The position numbers and the translations under genes are program-made. A DNA stretch of 64,000 bases, from assembly GCA_964187785.1 (NCBI GenBank), contig OZ076409.1, positions 15,378,001-15,442,000 of the forward strand. The letters are read 5' to 3'. How positions within the stretch are numbered: position 1 is the stretch's first letter; each line of letters starts with the position of its first letter. Of the stretch, positions 45,498 through 56,100 are shown one piece after another. Origin of the DNA: Amphiscolops sp. MND2022 (taxonomy: Eukaryota). Under the pieces are notes generated by a model. It was given only the letters and a program-made list of their open reading frames with translations. It did no database searches and was not told the origin of the DNA.

Positions 45498-47477
45498 TTT
45501 AAAGAATTTATTGAAAACTGAGAATTTACAAGTAAAAAGTAATGAAGTCTAAGGTATATGTATAAAATGAGTATATGAGTAACTGAAGTGTTGAAAAAGC
45601 TGAAGTATGTAGATGAAGATGCTTGGTTATGGCATTTTTGAGAAAGCGCCAAAATGGGAATGTTTTTTTTGGTATGAAGTTAGTATAATGTAGTTTGGAG
45701 AATGTATGAAAAAAAGAAGTTTGCTCCTGGAAGGAGTTTGTTCTCAAAACCCGTTTTTTGCATACCGGTTACGAACAACTAGTGCTCGAAAAGAATTGGG
45801 AATTGGGTTGATTGATGATGGTATTGTAGAGATTTAGAACTTTAAAGTTCCAGTCAAAAAGGTCCGAAATTTTTCAGTTTAGTTTTTGTTTTCATTGTAT
45901 AAGTTTTCAACTGCAGTGAAAACTTGTACAATTTTATTCTCCAGATTAATAGTGTAAATTTGGTGGTTTGTAGCATCATAGAATGGATCAAACTTCCGGA
46001 TCAATGAGTAAAATTCAAAATGAGAAGTTAAAATAGTGTTAGAGTCAGAATGTTTCCAGTTTGATTCAGATAAAAGATCTTCGAGTTTTTCTTTCTTCAG
46101 TGGTTGTACGAGTGAAAAGGTCCTTTGAATTTTCTTTTCCTTGTCTAGTGTATTGATGTAGCCAGAAGTTTGTTGGGTTTTGATCACATGTTCTTTTATA
46201 GGAGGTATTTCGTTGAAAATAGTTTCGGGTGCCAGTATTTTGTTTTGTTTCTTTTCCAAAAAGAATGGGTATTCATGATATCCATGCTTTGCCGTTGACT
46301 GTTGGTCATCTGCTTGATTTCGGGCAAGGTCTGTTGAGGATTTCCATTCAGTTGAGCGATGCATTAGTTTAGGTTTTTGCATAGGAATGGTATCTTTCTT
46401 TGAGTTGTTAATGCATGGTTGTTCAGTTTCTGCCACGTTGTTATTGCATTCGGTTTCAGTACCATCATCGGTCTGCTTTGGCGCCTTTGAGATTGGTTCA
46501 GCATCATCTGAATCTGACAGTTCAGGTTCATTAGACATTGGCTCTGTTTCTGCAGTTTCCATAACGTAGTCAGTTGTTAACTTCTGGTTCTGAGATTCAC
46601 TGTTTTTCTGTATTTGCTGTTCGTCTGATAGTTGTTTTGGGCATCTTGATTGTTGATGAGCACTGGGAAGGTTCTCATTGACGCATAAAGAGCATTCGAG
46701 GAGTGGGATACAGCAACATTTGAAAAAAATGCCACTGGAACTAAACATTTTGTCATATGCATTATTGGCCCAGTTTTGTAGTAAACTTTCCTCATTCTCA
46801 TTGTCAATTAAAACTGTAATTCTTGCCTCTCCTGTATGAAAAAGGCTGCTATCAGGAAGTCGTCGTTGTTGATGAAAAATTTTGCTACTAAATTTGAAGT
46901 TTTGAAGACCACAGCTACTCAAAATATCCTCATCCGTCAGAAAGTGTGGTAGGTTTCGGAAAGATATTGGTAATCTTTTTGGATAGACATTGTTGTTCGG
47001 GTTGGAATAATTGACAGAATAAGGCCGTATTTTCCGATTGCGAAGAGTAATGCCCTCGTGAATAAGAGAGGAAGCTGCATTTTCAAGTTTGTAAGGAATG
47101 ATCACAGTAATACACTTCAAATTGCCTTTGTTGCGTAAAATTGTAGTTTTGAAGATGGTAATTTCATTGGAGTTAAGTCGGTTTTTGACGGCCATAACAG
47201 CTTCCACAAACATTGAATCCAGTAATTTGCTGTTGTTGAACATTTCAGATGTCAGTGGTAAGGCAAAGTTGATAATAATTGGTAATTTGTCCATATTTGA
47301 GTTCGATTTCGACAAGGAAATAACTGCATTTTTGTAACAATTTTGCTCAACATTTTCATTATGATGTTGATCAAGCTCACTCGTGTTCAAATTAGTCATT
47401 ACTTTTGCAACTTTTGCTGCAAATTTTGCAAGATGGCGCTGTGCAAACAAAGTTTGCAGGCTGACAGAGTAACGCCG
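45498..47477 (-). mobile_element. Element A, copy 6 (tandem trimer)
   Basis: TSDs 45480-45497 and 47478-47495. Confidence 0.9.
45879..47399 (-). CDS. ORF1-like protein A6
   Basis: Intact ORF. Confidence 0.85.
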   Translation of the reverse strand: MTNLNTSELDQHHNENVEQNCYKNAVISLSKSNSNMDKLPIIINFALPLTSEMFNNSKLLDSMFVEAVMAVKNRLNSNEITIFKTTILRNKGNLKCITVIIPYKLENAASSLIHEGITLRNRKIRPYSVNYSNPNNNVYPKRLPISFRNLPHFLTDEDILSSCGLQNFKFSSKIFHQQRRLPDSSLFHTGEARITVLIDNENEESLLQNWANNAYDKMFSSSGIFFKCCCIPLLECSLCVNENLPSAHQQSRCPKQLSDEQQIQKNSESQNQKLTTDYVMETAETEPMSNEPELSDSDDAEPISKAPKQTDDGTETECNNNVAETEQPCINNSKKDTIPMQKPKLMHRSTEWKSSTDLARNQADDQQSTAKHGYHEYPFFLEKKQNKILAPETIFNEIPPIKEHVIKTQQTSGYINTLDKEKKIQRTFSLVQPLKKEKLEDLLSESNWKHSDSNTILTSHFEFYSLIRKFDPFYDATNHQIYTINLENKIVQVFTAVENLYNENKN

Positions 47478-47495
47478 TATCACAACAATTAGGCT

Positions 47496-49475
47496 TTTAA
47501 AGAATTTATTGAAAACTGAGAATTTACAAGTAAAAAGTAATGAAGTCTAAGGTATATGTATAAAATGAGTATATGAGTAACTGAAGTGTTGAAAAAGCTG
47601 AAGTATGTAGATGAAGATGCTTGGTTATGGCATTTTTGAGAAAGCGCCAAAATGGGAATGTTTTTTTTGGTATGAAGTTAGTATAATGTAGTTTGGAGAA
47701 TGTATGAAAAAAAGAAGTTTGCTCCTGGAAGGAGTTTGTTCTCAAAACCCGTTTTTTGCATACCGGTTACGAACAACTAGTGCTCGAAAAGAATTGGGAA
47801 TTGGGTTGATTGATGATGGTATTGTAGAGATTTAGAACTTTAAAGTTCCAGTCAAAAAGGTCCGAAATTTTTCAGTTTAGTTTTTGTTTTCATTGTATAA
47901 GTTTTCAACTGCAGTGAAAACTTGTACAATTTTATTCTCCAGATTAATAGTGTAAATTTGGTGGTTTGTAGCATCATAGAATGGATCAAACTTCCGGATC
48001 AATGAGTAAAATTCAAAATGAGAAGTTAAAATAGTGTTAGAGTCAGAATGTTTCCAGTTTGATTCAGATAAAAGATCTTCGAGTTTTTCTTTCTTCAGTG
48101 GTTGTACGAGTGAAAAGGTCCTTTGAATTTTCTTTTCCTTGTCTAGTGTATTGATGTAGCCAGAAGTTTGTTGGGTTTTGATCACATGTTCTTTTATAGG
48201 AGGTATTTCGTTGAAAATAGTTTCGGGTGCCAGTATTTTGTTTTGTTTCTTTTCCAAAAAGAATGGGTATTCATGATATCCATGCTTTGCCGTTGACTGT
48301 TGGTCATCTGCTTGATTTCGGGCAAGGTCTGTTGAGGATTTCCATTCAGTTGAGCGATGCATTAGTTTAGGTTTTTGCATAGGAATGGTATCTTTCTTTG
48401 AGTTGTTAATGCATGGTTGTTCAGTTTCTGCCACGTTGTTATTGCATTCGGTTTCAGTACCATCATCGGTCTGCTTTGGCGCCTTTGAGATTGGTTCAGC
48501 ATCATCTGAATCTGACAGTTCAGGTTCATTAGACATTGGCTCTGTTTCTGCAGTTTCCATAACGTAGTCAGTTGTTAACTTCTGGTTCTGAGATTCACTG
48601 TTTTTCTGTATTTGCTGTTCGTCTGATAGTTGTTTTGGGCATCTTGATTGTTGATGAGCACTGGGAAGGTTCTCATTGACGCATAAAGAGCATTCGAGGA
48701 GTGGGATACAGCAACATTTGAAAAAAATGCCACTGGAACTAAACATTTTGTCATATGCATTATTGGCCCAGTTTTGTAGTAAACTTTCCTCATTCTCATT
48801 GTCAATTAAAACTGTAATTCTTGCCTCTCCTGTATGAAAAAGGCTGCTATCAGGAAGTCGTCGTTGTTGATGAAAAATTTTGCTACTAAATTTGAAGTTT
48901 TGAAGACCACAGCTACTCAAAATATCCTCATCCGTCAGAAAGTGTGGTAGGTTTCGGAAAGATATTGGTAATCTTTTTGGATAGACATTGTTGTTCGGGT
49001 TGGAATAATTGACAGAATAAGGCCGTATTTTCCGATTGCGAAGAGTAATGCCCTCGTGAATAAGAGAGGAAGCTGCATTTTCAAGTTTGTAAGGAATGAT
49101 CACAGTAATACACTTCAAATTGCCTTTGTTGCGTAAAATTGTAGTTTTGAAGATGGTAATTTCATTGGAGTTAAGTCGGTTTTTGACGGCCATAACAGCT
49201 TCCACAAACATTGAATCCAGTAATTTGCTGTTTTTGAACATTTCAGATGTCAGTGGTAAGGCAAAGTTGATAATAATTGGTAATTTGTCCATATTTGAGT
49301 TCGATTTCGACAAGGAAATAACTGCATTTTTGTAACAATTTTGCTCAACATTTTCATTATGATGTTGATCAAGCTCACTCGTGTTCAAATTAGTCATTAC
49401 TTTTGCAACTTTTGCTGCAAAATTTGCAAGATGGAGCTGTGCAAACAAAGTTTGCAGGCTGACAGAGTAACGCCG
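47496..49475 (-). mobile_element. Element A, copy 7 (tandem trimer)
   Basis: TSDs 47478-47495 and 49476-49493. Confidence 0.9.
47877..49397 (-). CDS. ORF1-like protein A7
   Basis: Intact ORF. Confidence 0.85.
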   Translation of the reverse strand: MTNLNTSELDQHHNENVEQNCYKNAVISLSKSNSNMDKLPIIINFALPLTSEMFKNSKLLDSMFVEAVMAVKNRLNSNEITIFKTTILRNKGNLKCITVIIPYKLENAASSLIHEGITLRNRKIRPYSVNYSNPNNNVYPKRLPISFRNLPHFLTDEDILSSCGLQNFKFSSKIFHQQRRLPDSSLFHTGEARITVLIDNENEESLLQNWANNAYDKMFSSSGIFFKCCCIPLLECSLCVNENLPSAHQQSRCPKQLSDEQQIQKNSESQNQKLTTDYVMETAETEPMSNEPELSDSDDAEPISKAPKQTDDGTETECNNNVAETEQPCINNSKKDTIPMQKPKLMHRSTEWKSSTDLARNQADDQQSTAKHGYHEYPFFLEKKQNKILAPETIFNEIPPIKEHVIKTQQTSGYINTLDKEKKIQRTFSLVQPLKKEKLEDLLSESNWKHSDSNTILTSHFEFYSLIRKFDPFYDATNHQIYTINLENKIVQVFTAVENLYNENKN

Positions 49476-50051
49476 TATCACAACAATTAGGCTAAAAGCA
49501 AAGAGTCAATTTTTGGAGCGCGAGACTCCTATCTGCGGTACGGACTTACCATTACCAGCCAACAACTTGTTTTGAGGAGAAATTCTCATGAAAAGACGAC
49601 GTTTCAAGTTATTGACATCTGATGAAACAAAAATATTCCAGAAAAATTGTGAGAAAGCAAAATTTTGACTCTATTACGAAAATGTATGCTGAAAAGCATA
49701 AATTAGTAAGCTTAAAAATGAAATTCCATGTATTATCAAAAGTCGACTCAGGAGTGTGAAAAACACGTTTTAGGGGTAATTTTGGGCCTTCTTTCCAATG
49801 CCGTTGTCCGTTTTTTGCTATCTGTTCATTTTGACCCCTTTTGCAAAACTGTCACCGAAGTTAAACCACATTTTGTGAAAATAGTAAAAATGACATAACT
49901 CAATGAAAATTCAAGTGATGGCGGCGAAAATTTCAGCATGGGGGTTTTTTTGGACGCTCTTTCTAATGGCGTTGTCCGTTTTTTGCTATCTTTTCAATTT
50001 GACCCCTTTTGCAAAACTGTCACCGAAGTTAAACCACATTTCCGACAAAAA

Positions 50052-50170
50052 AGGCTACAACACCTGGTGTTCCCAAGCGGTCTCCCATCCAAGTACTAAC
50101 CAGGCCCTATGTTGTTTAACTTCGGTGATCGGACGAGAACCGGTGCATTCAACATGGTATGGTCGTAGCC
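50052..50170 (-). rRNA. 5S rRNA
   Basis: Consensus copy. Confidence 0.97.
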
Positions 50171-50262
50171 GATCATTGTAAAATCAATAGCTTTATATGC
50201 TTAACAACAAAATTACGTACAATGATACGAAAATTTTCTCGGTCAAAATACGCGTAACTTTT

Positions 50263-50398
50263 AAGTTAGTGCAGACTAGCTTGTTCCTTGTTCAAAAAAT
50301 TGGGCAGCAGACCACTTTCGCAGTCTGCTTTCAAATAAAACTCATCAATAGGGTTGGAATACTTACATATTTAATAAGTTTATCACAACAATTAGGCT
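50263..50398 (-). ncRNA. SL RNA coding sequence downstream of B1; exon end mutated AG| to AT|
   Basis: acttacatat instead of acttacctat. Confidence 0.7.
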
Positions 50399-51351
50399 TT
50401 TAAAGATTGTATTGGACCTTTTAATGTATAAATCAAATAGTCTTTATAGTAAGTCTAAGTATAAATTGTATAAAAGATATAAACGGTATAAAAGGTGTAC
50501 AGAGTACTGTATAAGAGTATGAAAAAGTACTGAGTGAAAAATGGAAGCTTGTTTGAAAGTTCAGGCAAAAAAGAACGTTGTTTTTTTGAAGAAATTAGTA
50601 TAATGTAGTCTTGAGTATGTGGGGTAAAAGTGATGTTTGCTCCTGGATGGAGTTATTGGATCAAACTGTTTTTTGGCTTTTTTAATAGCATGGTATTGAA
50701 CTTTACAAGACTTGGGATTTGAGGGTGTAGCATATCAAGGAGTGGGTTTTGAGTTATTTGTGTTGTTACAAAAAATAGCATCAATCTTGTTTTTCAAATG
50801 GGATAAAGTCATATCTAACTTTTCCTTGGAGATTTACTAAATAAATGATGTTCTCGGGTTTGTAAAAGAAGGCATCCAGTCTTCCTTTGATGTATTTGAA
50901 GGCATCGTAGTTGGCGATCTTTGAAGAGGAGGTTCGGCTTCTCCACTCTTTGTCTTCAAACATCTCTTGTTGTGCTGATTCCGATAGTTTTTGGACATAT
51001 CTTAGTTGGTTAACAACAACTTTTTTATCGTTAATGATGTTGATATCACCTCCTTTGTGATCACATTCTGCTAGTTTAGGATATTTTGATTCCATTCTGT
51101 TGACAGTTTGAATAATTTCGTTGTCCACATCGAGGTAAAACGGTAAAAAAGCAAAATCGGGATCCACTTTCGTGGCTTTGTTTTCAGGTTCATCAGCTGA
51201 CTCCTCCTCCTCCTCAGAAGGTATTGGCTCAGTATCTTCATTGCTAAGATTGTTTTTTTGTGTAGAGTGATGTTTGCATTGCTTCTTATGATGGCCCATA
51301 AATTGGCGTTTTCCTTCGTTACAATTCTCACATTTTACAATGTGTTATTGT
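50399..51351 (-). mobile_element. ORF1-only element B, 5'-truncated copy
   Basis: TSD 50381-50398 and 51352-51369; matches the 3' ~935 bp of B2; ORF remnant 50781-51334. Confidence 0.9.
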
Positions 51352-51369
51352 TATCACAACAATTAGGCT

Positions 51370-52988
51370 TTTAAAGATTGTATTGGACCTTTTATTGTAT
51401 AAATCAAATAGTCTTTATAGTAAGTCTAAGTATAAATTGTATAAAAGATATAAACGGTATAAAAGGTGTACAGAGTACTGTATAAGAGTATGAAAAAGTA
51501 CTGAGTGAAAAATGGAAGCTTGTTTGAAAGTTCAAGCAAAAAAGAACGTTGTTTTTTTTGAAGAAATTAGTATAATGTAGTCTTGAGTATGTGGGGTAAA
51601 AATGATGTTTGCTCCTGGATGGAGTTATTGGATCAAACTGTTTTTTGGCTATTTTAATAGCATGGTATTGAACTTTAAAAGACTTGGGATTTGAGGGTGT
51701 AGCATATCAAGGAGTGGGTTTTGAGTTATTTGTGTTTGTTACAAAAAATAGCATCAATCTTGTTTTTCAAATGGGATAAAGTCATATCTAACTTTTCCTT
51801 GGAGATTTACTAAATAAATGATGTTCTCGGGTTTGTAAAAGAAGGCATCCAGTCTTCCTTTGATGTATTTGAAGGCATCGTAGTTGGCGATCTTTGAAGA
51901 GGAGGTTCGGCTTCTCCACTCTTTGTCTTCAAACATCTCTTGTTGTGCTGATTCCGATAGTTTTTGGACATATCTTAGTTGGTTAACAACAACTTTTTTT
52001 ATCGTTAATGATGTTGATATCACCTCCTTTGTGATCACATTCTGCTAGTTTAGGATATTTTGATTCCATTCTGTTGACAGTGTGAATAATCTCGTTGTCC
52101 ACATCGAGGTAAAACGGTAAAAAAGCAAAATCGGGATCCACTTTCGTGGCTTTGTTTTCAGGTTCATCAGCTGACTCCTCCTCCTCAGAAGGTATTGGCT
52201 CAGCATCTTCATTGCTAAGATTGTTTTTTTGTGTAGAGTGATGTTTGCATTGCTTCTTATGATGGCCCATAAATTGGCGTTTTCCTTCGTTACAATTCTC
52301 ACATTGTAACAAGGTTTGAATGTAACATTTGAAGGGAATTTCATTAGTAACAAACTGGTTCAAAAAGGCTTGTTGGTTCCATGATTTGATGTTTTCTAAT
52401 TGGCATTGATTGGCAATCTCTATTTCAGCATAACAGATTCCAGTAAAGGCTTCGATGTCGTCAGAAATTCTTACTCTTTGGTGGCGTAATTTGGAAATTT
52501 TGTACTCTTGCAGATTACAAGCCTCCACAATCTCTCCATCTTCTAAAAAGTGTGGTAAATTGCGGAATTTCAAAGTGAATTGCTTTGGGTAGGAGTTAGA
52601 ACAAACATCACTGTTTTGGAATGCATAAATTATCCGGTTTTTGTAAGGAATTCCTTTAAGAAGTAGGTTTTTGAAGTCGTTTTCTATCGAGTTTGGAGCA
52701 ATAATTTTGATGCATTCAAGCTTCTTTTCATGCTCATGCGCTGGCGCATGTTTGGACACGTACGATTTAATGCATGTCACGCTGTCAATATGAGTAGGCG
52801 ATAAAGCATGTAAAAGCTTGCAAAGGAATTCTTTGTAAACAGCTTGCTTTATGTTTGGGCTGGTAATTTCTTCTTTTGTGTAAGGAATGATGAATTCTGC
52901 TGTCAATAAAGGCATTGTTCAGGTAATTTTCGTCTTCTCTGCCGCAGCAGTGAGAGTAGAGTTAGCAAATAATCGCTGACACACGCAG
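51370..52988 (-). mobile_element. ORF1-only element B, full-length copy (~1.6 kb)
   Basis: Left TSD complete; right TSD (52989-52999) cut by the Helitron-type 5' end. Confidence 0.88.
51754..52915 (-). pseudogene. ORF1-like protein B (~386 aa), one +1 frameshift in a T-run near 51995
   Basis: LKFRNLPHFL, FTG, LLQCENC..GHHKKQC. The truncated copy B1 has 6 T and reads through where B2 has 7 T. Confidence 0.82.
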
Positions 52989-52999
52989 TATCACAACAA

Positions 53000-53170
53000 T
53001 CATATACATATATAAAGGGAGACCGGACAAATTCGCTGATTGGTTGAGATACGCTCGGTGATACGCGCTGCTGCAAAACAGTTCAAAAGAAGATTCCGAG
53101 GTACGCTGTAAGAAAATATGTTGCTGACTTTCGAAATAGACGACGTTTCAGATTATCCAGCTCTAATCAA
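53000..53170 (+). mobile_element. Helitron-type 5' terminus (A|TC...) in SL exon
   Basis: ATCACAACAA|TCATATACATATATAAAGGGAG: TC start after host A, followed by a TATA-rich tract. Confidence 0.75.
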
Positions 53171-56100
53171 CAGTGGATAGCGTAGAGGTTGCGTGTTAGA
53201 CTCTCAACCCAATGTCTTGAGTTCGATTCCCGCCATCGATCGTTTTTCAAAAAAATTGTCAGCGTGAACAGTCTTTTAAAAGCATTCGTGTTCTTCTTTT
53301 CCCCTAATGGTGCGCTTGCAACTACTGTTCAGCAAGATATCGTGGCCTAGAGGTTGCGTTGGTTGTCAGGTTCGTTCGGGTGTTATTCTGGTAGCTTTGG
53401 GTTCGATCCCCGGGATGGACATGGTTTATAACTTGAATTGATGAATTGATAGTGTTATGGTTTAAAGCCAACTTGATTGTTCATTTCGACACAAACCGTA
53501 TATAGGACTCTAAGTTCGTTAGAAATTTGAATAAAATTGCATACTTTGGAAGCGGCAAATTTTTCAATTTAGGGATATTTGGAATCTTTCTAATAACGTT
53601 GTCCATTTTTTCACCTTTTCAACAGTCAATGGCGTAGTGGTTGCGTGTTAGATTTCCATTCCAATGTCTTGAGTTCGATTCCCTCGATCAAGATTTTTTT
53701 AAAATTTCTCCGCGTGGACAGTCTTTCAGAAGCACTGGATTATTCCACTCACTTAGTGGTTTGCCTAAAACCACTGTTTCGCAAGATATCGTGGCCTAGA
53801 GGTTGCGTGTTAGACTCTCAACCCAATGTCTTGAGTTCGATTCCCGCCATCGATCTTTTTACAAAGAAAATTGTCAACGTGAACAGTCTTTTAAAAGCTT
53901 TGGTGTTCTTCTTTTTCCTTAATGGTGCGCTTGCAACTACTGTTCAGCAAGAGATCGTAGCCTAGAGGTTGCGTTGGTGTCAGGTTCGTTCGGGTGTTAT
54001 TCTGGTAGCTTTGGATTCGATCCCCGGGTTGGACATGGTTTATAACTTGAAATGATAGTGTTATGGCTTAAACCCATCTTGATTGTTCATTTCGACACAT
54101 GCCGCGTATGGGACTCTAAGTTCGTTAAAAATTTGAATAAAATTGCTTACTTTGGAAGCGGCAAATTTTTCAACTTATGGATTTTTGGATTCTTTCCAAT
54201 AACGTTGTCCATTTTTTCACATCTTTTCAACAGTCAATGGCGTAGTGGTTGCGTGTTAGATTTCCATTCCAATGTCTTGAGTTCGATTCCCTCGATCAAG
54301 ATTTTTTTTAAACATTTCTCCGCGTGGAAAGTCTTTCAGAAGCAATGGATTGTTCCACTCACTTAGTGGTGCGCCTAAAACCACTGTTTCGCAATATATC
54401 GTGGCCTAGAGGTTGCGTGTTAGACTCTCAACCCCATGTCTTGAGTTCGATTCCCGCCATCGATCTTTTTTCAAAAAAAATTGTCAGCGTGAACAGTCTT
54501 TTAAAAGCTTTGGTTTTCTTCTTTTTCCTTAATGGTGCGCTTGCAACTACTGTTCAGCAAGAGATCGTAGCCTAGAGGTTGCGTTGGTGTCAGGTTCGTT
54601 CGGGTGTTATTCTGGTAGCTTTGGGTTCGATCCCCGGGTTGGACATGGTTTATAACTTGAAATGATAGTGTTATGGCTTAAACACATCTTGATTGTTCAT
54701 TTCGACACATGCCGCGTATAGGACTTTCAGTTCGTTAAAAATTTGAATAAAATTGCTTACTTTGGAAGCGGCAAGTTTTTCAACTTGGGATTCTTGGATT
54801 CTTTCCAATAACGTTGTCCATTTTTTCACATCTTTTCAACAGTCAATGGCGTAGTGGTTGCGTGTTAGATTTCCATTCCAATGTCTTGAGTTCGATTCCC
54901 TCGATCAAGATTTTTTTTAAACATTTCTCCGCGTGGACAGTCTTTCAGAAGCAATGGATTGTTCCACTCACTTAGTGGTGCGCCTAAAACCACTGTTTCG
55001 CGAGATATCGTGGCCTAGAGGTTGCGTGTTAGACTCTCAACCCAATGTCTTGAGTTCGATTCCCGCCATCGATCTTTTTTCAAAAATATTTGTCAGCGTG
55101 AACAGTCTTTTGAAAGCTTTGGTGTTCTTCTTTTTCCTTAATGGTGCGGTGCGCTTGCAACTACTGTTCAGCAAGAGATGGTGGCCTAGAGGTTGCGTTG
55201 GTTGTCAGGTTTGTCCGGGAGTTATTCTGGTAGCTTTGGGTTCAATCCCGGGATTGACATGGTTCAGCAGTTGAATTGATAGTGATATGGCTTTAACCCA
55301 ATTTGATTGTTCATTTTTACACATACCGAATATAGCATTATGAATTCTTCCAAAATTTGAAATGGAATGCTTACTTTGGAAACGGCTAAAACTTCAGCAT
55401 AGTGACTATTTGGACATTCTTTCCAATGACGTTGTCCATTTTTACATCGTTTCAACAGTCAATAGCGTAGTGGAATGCTTACTTTGGAAACGGCTAAAAC
55501 TTCAGCATAGTGACTATTTGGACATTCTTTCCAATGACGTTGTCCATTTTTACATCGTTTCAACAGTCAATAGCGTAGTGGTTGCGTAATAGATTTCCTT
55601 TCCAATGTCTTGAGTTCGATTCCCTCGATCAAGAATTTTTAAAAAATTTGTCCGCGTGGACAGTCTTTCAGAAGCACTGGATTATTCCATTCACTTAGTG
55701 GTGCGCCTAAAGCCACTGTTTCGCAAGATATCGTGGCCTAGAGGTTGCGTGTTAGACTCTCAACCCAATGTCTTGAGTTCGATTCCCGCCATCGATCTTT
55801 TTTTTGAAAAAATTGTCAGCGTGAACAGTCTTTCAAAAGCATTGGTGTTCTTCTTTTTCCTTAATGGTGCAGTGCGCTTGCAACTACTGTTCAGCAAGAG
55901 ATCGTGGGATAGAGGTTGCTTGAGTTCAAATCCCTTAGTCAACTTTTATTTTACGAAGAGAGTGATTGTGGTTCAACAACATTGGCACCGAAGTTAAACC
56001 ACGTTTTTTGACAAAATCGAAAAACCTCAAATTTATAACAACATTAGTTAACGACAAATGCAGATAACAATCTTTGGAGGGCAACATGAATTACATCATG

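Larger units (their letters stand above)
3898..52999 (-). repeat. 5S rDNA / SL-RNA tandem array (standard unit 904 bp) interrupted by multiple insertions
   Basis: 5S copies are 904 bp apart (10815-11719-12623; 30637-31541). The unit is 736 bp where a 168-bp subrepeat is missing and ~2903 bp where element A is inserted. Confidence 0.95.
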
